Below are positions 14,161 to 27,559 of a DNA stretch of 64,000 nt, in pieces. Position numbers and translations under genes: made by a program. The notes under the pieces were generated by a model, which worked only from the letters and a program-made list of their open reading frames with translations, was not told where the DNA came from and made no database searches. The stretch lies in assembly GCF_009914755.1 (NCBI RefSeq), contig NC_060929.1, one strand, 5' to 3'. The first letter of the stretch is position 1. Each line of letters begins with the position of its first letter. Source of the stretch: the human T2T-CHM13v2.0 reference genome, Homo sapiens.

Positions 14161-17100
14161 ATAATATTTTCTCTTTCTTTTCCCCCCTTTTCATGTTTTC
14201 TGCCTACTTTTATTTGGTATTTTCTTACTATGTGTTATATCTGTGATCTTTTAAGTTCTTTTTGAAACTGGGAGGTGGAAAATAAACATAAAGATGTGAT
14301 ATTTTAAAGCTCACAGGAAGTATTCCATTCTTCAGATGAGTAGAAGGATAGATTCATGCATAGTTCTTGGTAAGTTTTCCGAGTAGGGTGACCACAAATA
14401 GTTAAAATGACTGTCCTGTGTATGTGTAGCTCTTTGTAGTATGTAGATGAGCATGGTCCTGAAAGGATTACCTTACCTATTTCTTGTCTATCTACTATTC
14501 TTGCAAGCAAGTCAAGTTGATGAAAGTGGTTCATGTTCTGCAGTAATGGCAAGGATAATTCCCATAATCTCTCGGGAAAATATTCTGGGCCAAGTTTGTC
14601 TTTGGAATTTTTGCTTTCTATATGTCGTCAATCTTTTCCATTTTTCTTTTAGAAGCTAGTGCCATAGTGGAACATCCCATCCTGATCTGTTCAGCTTGTT
14701 CTATGCTTCTTTTCTGGCACTCAACTCCATCCTCCCCTTTAACCTTCCCTTCCCACTAACTCTGCCACCAGTACCAAACTGTAAGATCCAAAGACCCATA
14801 AAATAGTAATAAGTATAAGCACTGTTTGATTCAGTTGTGTCACATCACTACTGAAAATTTTTTTAAATTAATTTCTACACTTTTGATTTTCTCCAGCATT
14901 CATTTCCTTCTGTCATATTATTAACTCCCTATGGCTTTCCAGTGTTAAAAGGGCAAATTAGAGGAAGGTTCATTTTTTGGCCTCTGCTTGCCTAGAATTC
15001 ATTATAAGTACATGGAGTTCTACATAGTTTTCCTTTTTGTTCTTGTTGTTTTGTCCTATTTTTATGTGTTCGTTCTTCCTTAGTTGACTATAGGACATAT
15101 ACATATGGTGCTCTGGGACCAAATACATTTAGAAATCGATCCACTGCTGGAAATAGGAACCAAGGAAGGCTGTAATTGGTATTTAATGTAAGTTTTAATT
15201 GAAGATTAACATCACTGTCACTTAAAAGCAGACCCAGTGGCTTAGGGGAAATAGAGCAGTGATTATGTCCTCTCACTTTTCATGCAGAAAAGAAATAATA
15301 GCTGCAGATACCCCTACTACAAAGCTATTACTTCCTCCAGTTGATTGATAAGTGATTAGCTTGAATGATTAAATGACTGGCTTTATCACTTACACTTAAT
15401 GTTCCTTCCCTCACAGTAATGTTCACATATAACATTCTGTATGTATGTATGTGTGTGTGTATCAAATTAAATTTCCCATAAAATTTTAATTTTCACAAAA
15501 AAACTGTATTTATATATGACCAGTTTTCAGTGTTTTTATTAAATGTCTTCAAAGACAGGAACATACAGTAGACAGAATATTGGAGAGTATTTTTCCAAAG
15601 AATTCTTTTTCCTTCCTATGGAAAAGATTTCATTTGTCTATTTTCAGCATTTATTTAAAAAATCTTAGTTGAGTTTATATTTGATAATATAATTGAGACT
15701 TTTTTCATCACTACCTAAATATCCATGTTTAGTTAGCCCCAATTCTCGTGATACAGCCAAATGGACTGTTTGCTGTTATTTTGCTAAATGTTTTTGATAA
15801 GTACAAATATGAATATGTGGATTTATGTCATCAGATAAAATCTATAATTGAAATTAAGTCCATCTGATATTCAAAGTACTGCTACTAGCATTCTACCTCC
15901 ACCAGTTTATTTATAGTCACTTTATTTTAGGTAGCATTTCAAAGAAGAGATCTTTTTCATTTTTGGGTTATTTACATTCTGAGATACATCCAAATGCTTT
16001 TCTGTTTACAATAAATACCCATATACCCAAATAAAAATTTTCCATTAAAAGGTAAGGTGTTTTCCCTTTTTTATTTAATTTATTTGAAATGGAAGAAACT
16101 GGAGGTACATGAAAACCACAGTTTCCAGAGAATTTTCCATGGCAAACATTATGTCAACTTTAAATAAGGAAAGCTGTGGTTTCCTTCATACCTCCCGATA
16201 TTGGGAAGACTTTTTCATGCAGGTGTAAAAACTATTTGTTCATTGAGATTACTTAGTAGCCTTTTAAGCTTCAAAATAAATTTATTTAAGATGCATCAGT
16301 GTATTTTTATTCCCTCTATAAATCTCCATTTTCTATCTCACCTATGAAGCCTATCACATTCTGCCTTGTATTAGTTATTTGTGCATTTGTCTTAGCCTTT
16401 TAAATTAGAGCAACATTGTGAGCTTCAAAAGTTGATCTGTGTGTCCTCATGTGTAAGACAGTGTCTTCACATAATAATAAGAGTTCAGTAAATATAAAGA
16501 GGGAAGAAGTTAAGTGAGGAAGGAAGATGGGCAAGAGAGAAATGAGGAGGGAAAGAGTCTGTTCTACTCATTCTTGTGAGTTTCTGCAGTAACCCAGTGC
16601 AGTAAGCAAGGTGCAAATATTATCTCAGTGCAACAGAGACCCAAAACACTGCCAAGGGAATAAACCTGAGCCCATCTGCTTCACCAGCTTTCTTTTTTAA
16701 TGCTTATATTTCATTTATTTTCAAAAACACATGAAGGGAGCTTTACGCAATTTATAGTGTAAAAAACATCTGGAGTTGGGTCATGAAATGTGAAAGTTAT
16801 CTCAGAGTTGAAAACTTGTTGAGAATACTAGACCGAATTCAGAAAACAGATTTTGAGTTCTAGCTTGTTCCTAATTGGCTAGGTAATCTTGAAATCAAGC
16901 CTAGAAGGTTAGTCTAATTGATTGATAAAATCTTTGGTCCATTTCCCCTTTAGATCTTGTTGAAATTTGAATTTTAAAAGTTAAATGTAGGATTTTCTAA
17001 GAATAAAATTCTTAAGAATAAAATTAAAGATTTAAAATGAAAATTAGGAATAAAATTAGAAGCTAAAAATATTAAATTTGACTTTCTCTTAGAAAGAATA

Positions 17101-18571
17101 AAAATCCTTAAATAATTGCTATGGTTTAGTAAATTGGTATGTCAAAGACTTTCTTTAAAACAAACATTTCAAATACAAGTGTAATATTTTTATTGGTCTT
17201 TTAAGAATGGAAAACTAAATTTAGTATTTATGAAACATATAACTAATGTGTATGTTAATAAGTTTTTCATTTGCACAGTTTTTTTCCATTAGAATATTTT
17301 TTCTACTCCCGTAATTGCAAGCAACTGAGATTTGCAAATTACTAACATGTCATCAAGACGAAATACAAATTAGTTAAAAATAGCTGGCAGCTAAATATAA
17401 GGAATAGTGAAGGACCAGATATATACTAAGGAGATATATGTCTCTCCTACAATACATTCTGATGTTTAGGAATGCCTTGATTAAATAATTTTTAATTCAA
17501 TGAAAGCCTCAATTCTAATTATTATGATTTCTTATAGTGTTATAATACCAGTATTCTAATTAGTACTTGAACATAACTTGTGCCTTTTTCTTTGAGGCTG
17601 ACAATTCAGATAGGAAGTAATTGGTAATATCCTCATTATCAGTTGTGAACTCACCCTCTGCAAAGATTCTTGTTTAGCAAAAGTTAGAGGTTTAAATTTC
17701 TAGGAGTTTTTGCATTTCAACTAGTGTTGCCTTCTCCCTAGCTTTGTGACTTTAGTCAGGTTACTTACCACCTCTGACTCTTGTTGTTTCTCATTTCTGT
17801 AATAAAGAGATCTTCCAGATCAAAAGTCCTGATGTTGCATTTTAGTCCCTCTTCAAAGTTGTTATGGCATCACATAAAAATGACAAAGCTCATCCTCCCA
17901 GTGTTTACATTTATTTTGCCTGAAAACTTCACTGTGTCAAGCACTCACTATGTCTGTATTGTAATTTTTGAATATATTTTGTTAAGTATTCTTAACTCTA
18001 ACATTTTTCATATTTCAATATAACAAGTAGTTCATTCTCTAAGATGTTTGGCTATGGTATTGGGTAGGCAACTTTATCAAAATTTCATTTATAAAAATTA
18101 GAAGCACTGAGTACATTTTCAAATGTATATACACCATAAAATTACGGTACAAAGTAGATACAGCACATACTTCAAAGACATTTTTGTTAAAAAATTCAAC
18201 TCAGAAGTATGAAAGTTTGACTCATGAAAATTTTAAATTTCTCACCCAGAAAATTTTCCAAAAAAAGATTTTAAAAAATACTAACATTGCAAATACGTGT
18301 GAAAGGACACAGCTAATTTTCTAAATCTATGAAGATTACTTATGATGAACAAAACAGCAGAAAAAGAACAAAGCAAGATTTATGGACAGATGTTTATAGA
18401 AAGGGACGTACAAGTGGTTTAGTAACATAATGAATAAAAAATAACATTTTAATGACTTAACTGTTTTTAGTTCAGGATTACAAAGAACAAAAAGTCTGCT
18501 AACATTCTGCATGGGAAAACTGCCTAGAAAAACATACTTTAATATATTGCTAATGGAAGTCAAATTTGGTA

Positions 18572-18932
18572 AATCTCACTTGTATGTGGAATCTAAAAAT
18601 GTCAAACTCATAGAAATAGTAGAATGGTCGTTACCAGAGGCTGGGGACAGGAGTAGTACAAACTGGAAAAGGGAGAATCGGTCAACAGATAGAAAGTTAC
18701 AGTTAGAAAGAAGGACCAAGTTCTGGTGCTCTGTAGCACAGCAAGGTGACTACAGTTAATATATTTCAAAATAGCCAAAAGAGAGGATTTAAAATGTTCC
18801 CATCACAAAGAAATGATAAATGTTTAAAGTGGTAGATATGGTAATTACTCTGATTTGATGATTCTACAATGTATGCATGTGTCAATATCACTTTGTACTC
18901 TATAAGTGTCTAAAATTATTGTCAAAATAAAA
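18572..18932 (+). mobile_element. L1MA/L1MB 3' end fragment
   Basis: atctcacttgtatgtggaatctaaaaatgtcaaactcatagaa..ttaccagaggctgggg..; ends near aataaa. Confidence 0.75.
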
Positions 18933-20229
18933 CAGAAAACACATCTTAGAGTTTTATAACAATATTTATATATTTATAACATTTTATCAGCTGATAGCAT
19001 TAACTGTTATTCAGAAACACAAATTGCATATAATTATAGAACCTAAAGCTGTAGTATACATAATTCTACATAACTACTCATTTTATATACCTACATACCC
19101 TGTAGACCCAAACTTTTATGTTCTCCTTTGACTCACTGCTGCTACATATGGCTGCAGAGCTCCAATTTGACAACTACAATGTGAGTGACTCTCCGGGGAT
19201 TATGCAACACGGTGGCCCTTTTCGAATCAGTCTCATTTTATATAAACTTGATATTCTTCCACAAATAAGTGCTCCACAAAGATTGCAACATAAAAACACA
19301 GTTATAGAAGAAGACATTAGAAAAAAAAAATTAAAAAAATCTTCATTCATGAGATTCGTACATAATTATAGAATTGTAAATCTTTTTCTAGAGCCTTTCA
19401 GAAAAAAATGAAATTCACTGAAATGAGATTACTAAATCAGCGTTAGTCTGGGATATCTTCCAGGGCAGAGAAACAGCTTTGCTAAATAAAATTAATGATA
19501 AAATGACTCTTAACAAAATAGCATTTACCCCGGAGTCCACACTAGACATGCAAGTATTACCACTGCTCTTCTAAAACTTGTTATAACTAAGATGGGAAGA
19601 TATAGCTAACTCTGGAAAGAAATACCCAGTTCAGCAAAGATTTTAGCAAGTTGTCAAAACAGGGATTTGGAAACAGCAGTAGATGTGTTTTTCAACAATT
19701 GTTTGAATACATTTTAATCAAAATCTGGTTAGGATTCCCAGAATTTCTTATGTCTGTTTTATATCTGTTCATATATTGAGAATTACCTTTGAAGTGGATT
19801 TTTAGAAACTATAAGAGGTAAACATGCTGAAAGAAGCAGTAAAAGGTAAAAAGCTGCTCCTGGAATATCTTCTTTTTTCCTATAACCTGAAGGGCAGTTT
19901 CTTGGGGAATACACTTCTCAGGATTAGTCATTTTTGTTGTCATTGTTTTTACATACCAACCTTCTGTAATTAATCCTGAGGATTAAAATATACTGCTTCT
20001 TCATTGGATACCAAATTGTTTCTACCAAGACAGAATCTCAAATTGTGTTACCAATCTGGAAGCACACTTACTGCTATAATCTGTTGCTTTAATTTGGCAA
20101 CAGAAGTCTGTCATGGTAGTATTTTTATTTTAAATTTTTAAACATCACGGGCCTACTACACAGTTTTTTCTTTCTTCCTGATTTTTTAGTTCTGCCCCAC
20201 CAAGGATTCTACTTGCATGTAATTTAGAG

Positions 20230-20448
20230 CAGGCATCACGCTTTTTCTGTAAAGGACCTGAAATGAATGCCTTTGTAAGACACACAGCTTCTGTCACAAC
20301 TACTTCGCTTTACCATTGTGTCGTGAGTGCAGACATAGGCAATATATAAATGAATGACTTTGGCTTTGTTCCATAAAACTTTATTAAATAAAAGAAAGTT
20401 CCAGCGGCAGGCTGGAACAGCCCCCATGGGCCAGTTTGCCAATTCCTG
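20230..20448 (+). mobile_element. MER58A-like hAT-Charlie DNA transposon
   Basis: ttttctgtaaagg..ctgtcacaactact..ttccataaaactttatt..gggccagtttgccaattcctg follows the MER58A layout. Confidence 0.7.
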
Positions 20449-21639
20449 GTTTTGAAAATCAAATACTTCTACAAGAATTTTTTTATAAAAGTGGCAGTAC
20501 TCTATTATTCCTTTCCTGCTTCAATTGCAGTTAGTTCGCATAGAGTTTACCCCTACAGTAAGATGTTTATGTACTGTATTAGCTTTTTTATTTTAAGCAC
20601 TAGCTATTAACTTTATGTTGTGGTAGGTAAAGATTTAGATCTCTTTTCTCCTTCAGGCTCTAAGTCATATATCCCCTCCATCCTCCTCATATACTTATCT
20701 CCTGATATCCCCCCTTCATCCTCCTTATATACTTGAATCAGATTAGGTGAACATTTATTGATTATGTTATTGTGACTGTGAGTCATGTACTGAGTTATTA
20801 CTACTTTTCTGCATAATATTTCTGTTTTCTACAGTTTGTGATAGGTTTATTTTGTTAGTTTTCTGTCTTATCTGTAGTGTAACACCAAACTCTCCATCTG
20901 CTATTGATATGTCCTCTCCAGATATTCAGCACACCAAGTATCCCAAACCTAAGTCTCCTGTCACCATCATCCTGGGAAGTTCCTTCTGCCTAAGTCTTCT
21001 GTTTCTTGTCTCCTATGCCATTCTTATTATTTGTATCCTTCCTCATTTTAGGGGAGCCAGTAGCTTCTTGGACAGAAATGTACAAGGATGTAAATTTTTT
21101 TGAATAAACTGCATGTGTGGAAGTATTTTTCTTCTTCCCTAGGTTGGAAATTCTTTTCCTTCATAATTTTAGAAGCATTAGCTGCTCTATAGTTTGACTT
21201 CCAGAATTAAAGTCTGAAACCATTGTGATCTGTGCGTCTTTTCTTTTTAGTTTATTATTTGGTGACTTGTTTTATTATCTGAAATCTTGTAGGTCCCAAT
21301 ATACTAATGTGACTATTTTCATATATTGTTTTCAGTCTTCTTAGCCTGAAAAATCATGTTTTTCATTGGAGTTTCTATATTCTAGCTTTTAATACTCAAG
21401 CAAGCATGTTTGACCTATGCCTTCAGCAGCTCAGCTTGTCACTAAGTGACTCAGGATACTAGCAATAACCTTCCTTCCTAAATTATCTTTTTTCTATCTT
21501 TCCTCTATTGTATCAGGAAACTCAGCAGCAGGTTGAAGAAACAGGTTCACTTTGCGCTGTACTTAAATGAATGGTCCATGAGTAGACGACATTTCTTGGA
21601 AAAGGTTGAACAGAAGCTGTGTCTAATAGTCAGAATAGA

Positions 21640-22368
<729 letters not shown>

Positions 22369-22629
22369 CAAGGTAATTAAATAGCAGATGGTCCTGGCAC
22401 AGGATTTGCACCAGGTGTAATTTAAATAGATTATTCTTTGAGTGACATTACTCACATAAATCCTACAAACAGAATAGCTTGCATACTGCCATCATCTTGT
22501 TTTTATTTTGGTATTCGTACATTTATAATACTGGGTTGGAAATGTCTTATATTTGACTGTTCACAATGAAGGGTAAATTTAGGATAAAGACATTTGAAAC
22601 TGGTTGTTTTACTTTCACACACTAGTGAA

Positions 22630-23450
22630 ATTTATTCACTTGCTTTATTAAATGTGTATTGGGTGCCTACTATTATTACCAGTCACTATTCTAGGCACTG
22701 AATCTACAGCAATGAGGCAAACAAAGTCTCTGCTTTGCAGATATGAAAACATCTACACTGCCATGCAGTGGTAAGTGATGTGAAGTAAATAGTGATGGGA
22801 AGTGTTGTGCTAGTTGAGATGACATTTAAGCAGAGACCTGAATACAGTGAGATGATCAGCCGTGTATATATTTGGGAGTAGAGTATTCCAGGTAAAGAAG
22901 AGATTGCAATGGTATGGGCTAAGCATCAGAAAGCAATAAAGCTTAAAGAAGAACAGATATGGAAATAGCATGATTTGATTACATTTTTAAAAATCACCGT
23001 GGCTGTTGTGTGGAAAATTGACTGTTGAGAGAGCAAGTTGCAAAGGAGAGTGACCAGGCATAAGTTTAATTATGTTGGTCCAGGTGAGAGGTGTTGGTGA
23101 TTTAGTCAAAGGTAGTAAGAATAGAAATGGTGAGAAGCGACTGGTTCTGGATATATTTTACATTTGGAACCACAGGGTGTATTGTGAGTTTTGAGGGAAA
23201 GACAAATAGTGGGAAAGAATCCTTAGAGTTTTAGGCCTGAGCAACCAGAACAATGGAAATTACATACAATAAGATGGAAAAGCTACAGGAGAAGCAGATT
23301 TGTGAGGAAAAATCAAAGAATTCTGTTTTGACAATGTCAAATAGATGTCAGGTTAGGTGGTTTGATGTATCAGCTTAGAGCTCAGGTTGGAGCTGGAGGT
23401 CGAAATTTAGATGTTGTCAGCCTTCATACGGCATTTCAAGTCATTAGCCG
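22630..23450 (-). mobile_element. L2 (L2a-like) 3' portion
   Basis: tattgggtgcctacta..cactattctaggcactg..; gacatttaagcagagacctgaat..; ttaggcctgagcaacc..; typical reverse-strand L2 motifs. Confidence 0.7.
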
Positions 23451-24019
23451 GCATTATGATTTTTCCAAATTTATAAATATATTGAATACTGTATATAATG
23501 TTCCCATTCAGTCTAGGCCCTGAGAACGTGTCAGTGATAGTAGACATTTAAAATAGAAATATAGAGCGTTAGATAATTTCTAGGTCTCTGTTAAATGGAA
23601 CTTCAAGTATTACAGTAGTCTCACCCAGTTTAGCACTAATATGTTATTTGATTCTTTGATATTAATTTAGTCTTCTTAATTAGATTGTTCAAGCTCTTTG
23701 ATAGTAAAAACTATGTTCTTTTTTTGATGTTACACATGGTGCTTATCACAATTCTGAGAATATTAAGTATCGTATCCAAAGAATATTTATTAATGATTAA
23801 GTGATAATTTTAGTTGTTCAAAGGCAGTAATATTTTTGTCAGGATGATCTTTGTCTTTAGCATGGATTGATTATACAGATATCTTATCTAAGGAGAATAT
23901 TAACTAGTTCTATTCTCCAACTCTAATTTTAAAGACTATGATAGATTTTATTTTATTCACTTTCAATAGTGTCATTTTTATTTCATTCCCATACGTTTAT
24001 TATATTTTTAAATTTGCAG

Positions 24020-24101
24020 CCAGATTCTACTGCAACTGAAAGAGCAATTGCCAGACTAGCAGTACATCCTCTTCTGAAGAAAAAGATAGATGTGCTAAAA
24101 G
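24020..24101 (+). CDS. SRFBP1: SRFBP1 coding exon, 82 nt ([27 protein letters not shown])
   Basis: Acceptor tttgcag at 24013-24019 and donor gtatga at 24102. Phase 0 in, phase 1 out; joins the next exon in frame (G|CT = Ala). Peptide recognised as SRFBP1. Confidence 0.93.
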
Positions 24102-24847
24102 GTATGAATTAAATGACTTTTAAGCCATGTACTTAATGTATTTGTAGACTTTGGATAATGGCTATTCACTTATTTTAACTCTTGAGGTTCTATTATAAAT
24201 ATAAGTTTCTTTCAAATATTTACCAGTGTGGAAGGTGTCTGAAAATACAGAAAGTGTGATCTCTGAAGAAAAACCAAATCTGTATTGTTTAGTAAATTCT
24301 AATATGTGAACGTATAATACGTAATATATATCTTTTTATATATAATATATACAAGATAAAGTTGAATAGTTTTTTTAAAATATTGACATAACTCATTAGT
24401 TTTGGTTTCGCCACTTAGGAACATAATTTTATATATGTTTATTATAAAATATATCTATAAAATGAAATTTTTTTGTCACATGATACTGAATTTTATGTCT
24501 GAAAGCACAGTTTATAATAATGCATTATTATTATATAAATTAAAGTTGCCATTCCCTTTTATTTGTATTCTGTGATGTTTTTACTGTTCTTCATAACTCC
24601 AAGACATGAAGAAAACATTTTCTTTTCATTTTCACAATTTAAAATGAATACGTCTGAGCATATCTTATGTTTGGTTTTTAAGAAGTCGAAAGATTTCTTT
24701 GTGAATTCAGACCGAGTATATGTATTTAATATCAATTCCAACTGCCCTCTTAAATCTTTTCAAATAATTTTTTAAAATACTGTCCTAAAACAGTCATGTT
24801 TTATATGTTTCAGTGCTAAAATGAGTGATGCACTGTTTCTCTTGCAG

Positions 24848-25562
24848 CTGCTGTACAAGCCTTTAAAGAAGCAAGACAAAATGTTGCTGAAGTTGAGTCA
24901 TCAAAGAATGCTTCAGAGGACAATCATTCTGAGAATACTTTGTATTCAAATGATAATGGAAGTAATTTACAGCGTGAAGCAACTGTCATCAGTGAGCAAA
25001 AAGTCAAAGAAACCAAAATATTGGCGAAGAAACCAATACATAATTCAAAGGAAAAAATAGCAAAGATGGAACATGGACCTAAAGCAGTGACTATTGCAAA
25101 TTCTCCATCAAAGCCTTCAGAAAAGGATTCTGTAGTTTCCCTTGAGTCCCAGAAGACACCTGCTGACCCAAAACTGAAAACTCTAAGTCAAACCAAAAAA
25201 AACAAAGGATCTGATAGCTCACTCTCTGGTAACAGTGATGGCGGAGAAGAATTTTGTGAAGAGGAGAAGGAATATTTTGATGATAGCACAGAAGAAAGGT
25301 TTTACAAGCAGTCTTCCATGTCTGAAGATAGTGATAGCGGTGACGACTTCTTCATTGGGAAAGTCAGACGGACACGAAAGAAGGAAAGTAGTTGTCATTC
25401 TTCAGTTAAGGAACAAAAACCACTAGAAAAAGTGTTTCTTAAAGAAGATACAGGTGAAACTCATGGGGATACAAGAAATGACAAAATCAAGCCAAGTACA
25501 GAAACCAGAAAGTTAGAATCAGTGTTTTTCCACTCTTTATCTGGATCTAAAAGCTCTAGAAG
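24848..25562 (+). CDS. SRFBP1: SRFBP1 large coding exon, 715 nt ([11 protein letters not shown]...[15 protein letters not shown])
   Basis: Acceptor tttctcttgcag and donor gtaaga at 25563. Open frame shared with ORF 24940-25566; acidic segment [29 protein letters not shown]. Confidence 0.95.
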
Positions 25563-26425
25563 GTAAGATTCTTTTTCTATTCTGAAATAATCATTAGTTC
25601 TTTTTTAAAAAGCTATAAATGTCTACTTGTCCATACATGAAGAGACTATAATTCTAGTTTGTACAACCCATCCTGTTTTTAGACATGGCCCTCTCCAAGG
25701 TTGTAGTGGGGTATTAGGTACAGATACACATATGGCAATGCCACATTTGCCTAGTTTCATCAGAAAATGAGATGTTATAGCCAAATAATATGCCAGCTAA
25801 TTTAAATTTTATTCCTTCACTTATCAAAGTTTTGAAACTTTGAAATCTTTTTTGATGAAAAACTTTTGAAAATGTTTCATGTATCTTTCTAAACAGAACT
25901 TTCTGAAAAGAATATGGTGTTTTTTCTTGATGATCCAGGACCATTATTGTAAACATCAGTCATTTTACTGTCTAGTACCATTTCAGTATATAAGGCTGCT
26001 TGCCCTTAAACTGAGTTTCTCCATACTGCTTTTTATTTGATGATGTTGCTGTCTCCATCTCTGTTGCTCACCACTTTTCATAGCTGTTCTGTTATAAAAC
26101 AGTAAGTTTAACTTTATTTGTAATTCCAATTTGATAAAGGGTATCTTCACATTTTAGAGTGAAGGTTATGGTTAGCTAATTTCTTCAGTAACAGCTATAA
26201 ACTGTTTTTGCATATATTTACAAGTCAGGGATAGTCTTTAATGAAATAGAAAAATGTGATGTAAAAATTTTTCAAAAATGTCACAGTATGGCAAAGACAT
26301 AAAAACGTGTGGAGTGTTGAAATAATTAAAATATTTACTTATATTTTCCAAACTTGCCTCAAAAAGCTGCACTTTTTTCCACATTTGAAAATGGCACACC
26401 ACTATCCCTTTACCACAAAATATAA

Positions 26426-26753
<328 letters not shown>

Positions 26754-27129
26754 AAAATGTAAATCTTAATTTTTGTTATATGAGAGTCATTCTTCCTGTG
26801 AAAAGACTTTAGAAATTCTTTATATAGATAATCCCGAAGTGTAAAGGCAAGGTAACCAAGACAAGATATTTCCCATTACAAACAGAATTCTCTTTAAAGG
26901 TGGTGAGGGAAATAGGTCCTCATGTGTCTGTAGTAACACTGGATTCTAACAAACCTTTGTTTGATACAGCTACAACCTGGGACTTTCATAATTATTTTAT
27001 TGTTTGCTGGTGTGACTAAGGAGTATAGTGGCCCTTTGAATTAGTTTTATCATCAATTTTGTTATGTTTTTTTCTTAAGATCAGAGGATTTATCTTTAAA
27101 AAGTCATAATGGTGTTTTTCTTCTTTTAG

Positions 27130-27167
27130 AAATTTCAAAGAACAGGCTCCAAAAACAAGATCCCTAG
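27130..27167 (+). CDS. SRFBP1: SRFBP1 38-nt coding microexon (R-NFKEQAPKTRSL)
   Basis: Acceptor tttttcttcttttag and donor gtatgt at 27168. Phase 2 in, phase 1 out restores the frame between the flanking exons. Confidence 0.92.
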
Positions 27168-27559
27168 GTATGTATTCATAGTTGCCTGACCTTCATATGC
27201 AATTAAGCTATGTTTTACCAGAGTAAAAGAATGAGAAATTGTTGTTGCTTAATATAGCCTGAATGAATTATGTACCCACAGAAATGTTAACAGAGCATCT
27301 TACAATTATCAATATAATTTTTTGTTGTTGGTTTTCTTTTCTTCTGTGTCCTGCCAGAGGGAAAGATATAGACAAAATTTATCAGGAAATATTATGTCTA
27401 TTTAACTTATCTCAAATTAAACCAACACTTTTTTTAAGTAAATTATGCAAGTTATATCTTAATTATTAGTGATCCTAAACGCTAATGCCATGCCGTTAAA
27501 CATTGAATAACAAGTATATTACTTTCTTGGGCAAGAGTATAATCAGAATATTTTCAGAT

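Noticed and set aside
24940-25566. 208-aa ORF as a standalone gene
   Set aside because: It starts at TTG inside a spliced exon, and its stop (TAA) is part of the gtaag donor. It is the SRFBP1 exon 24848-25562.
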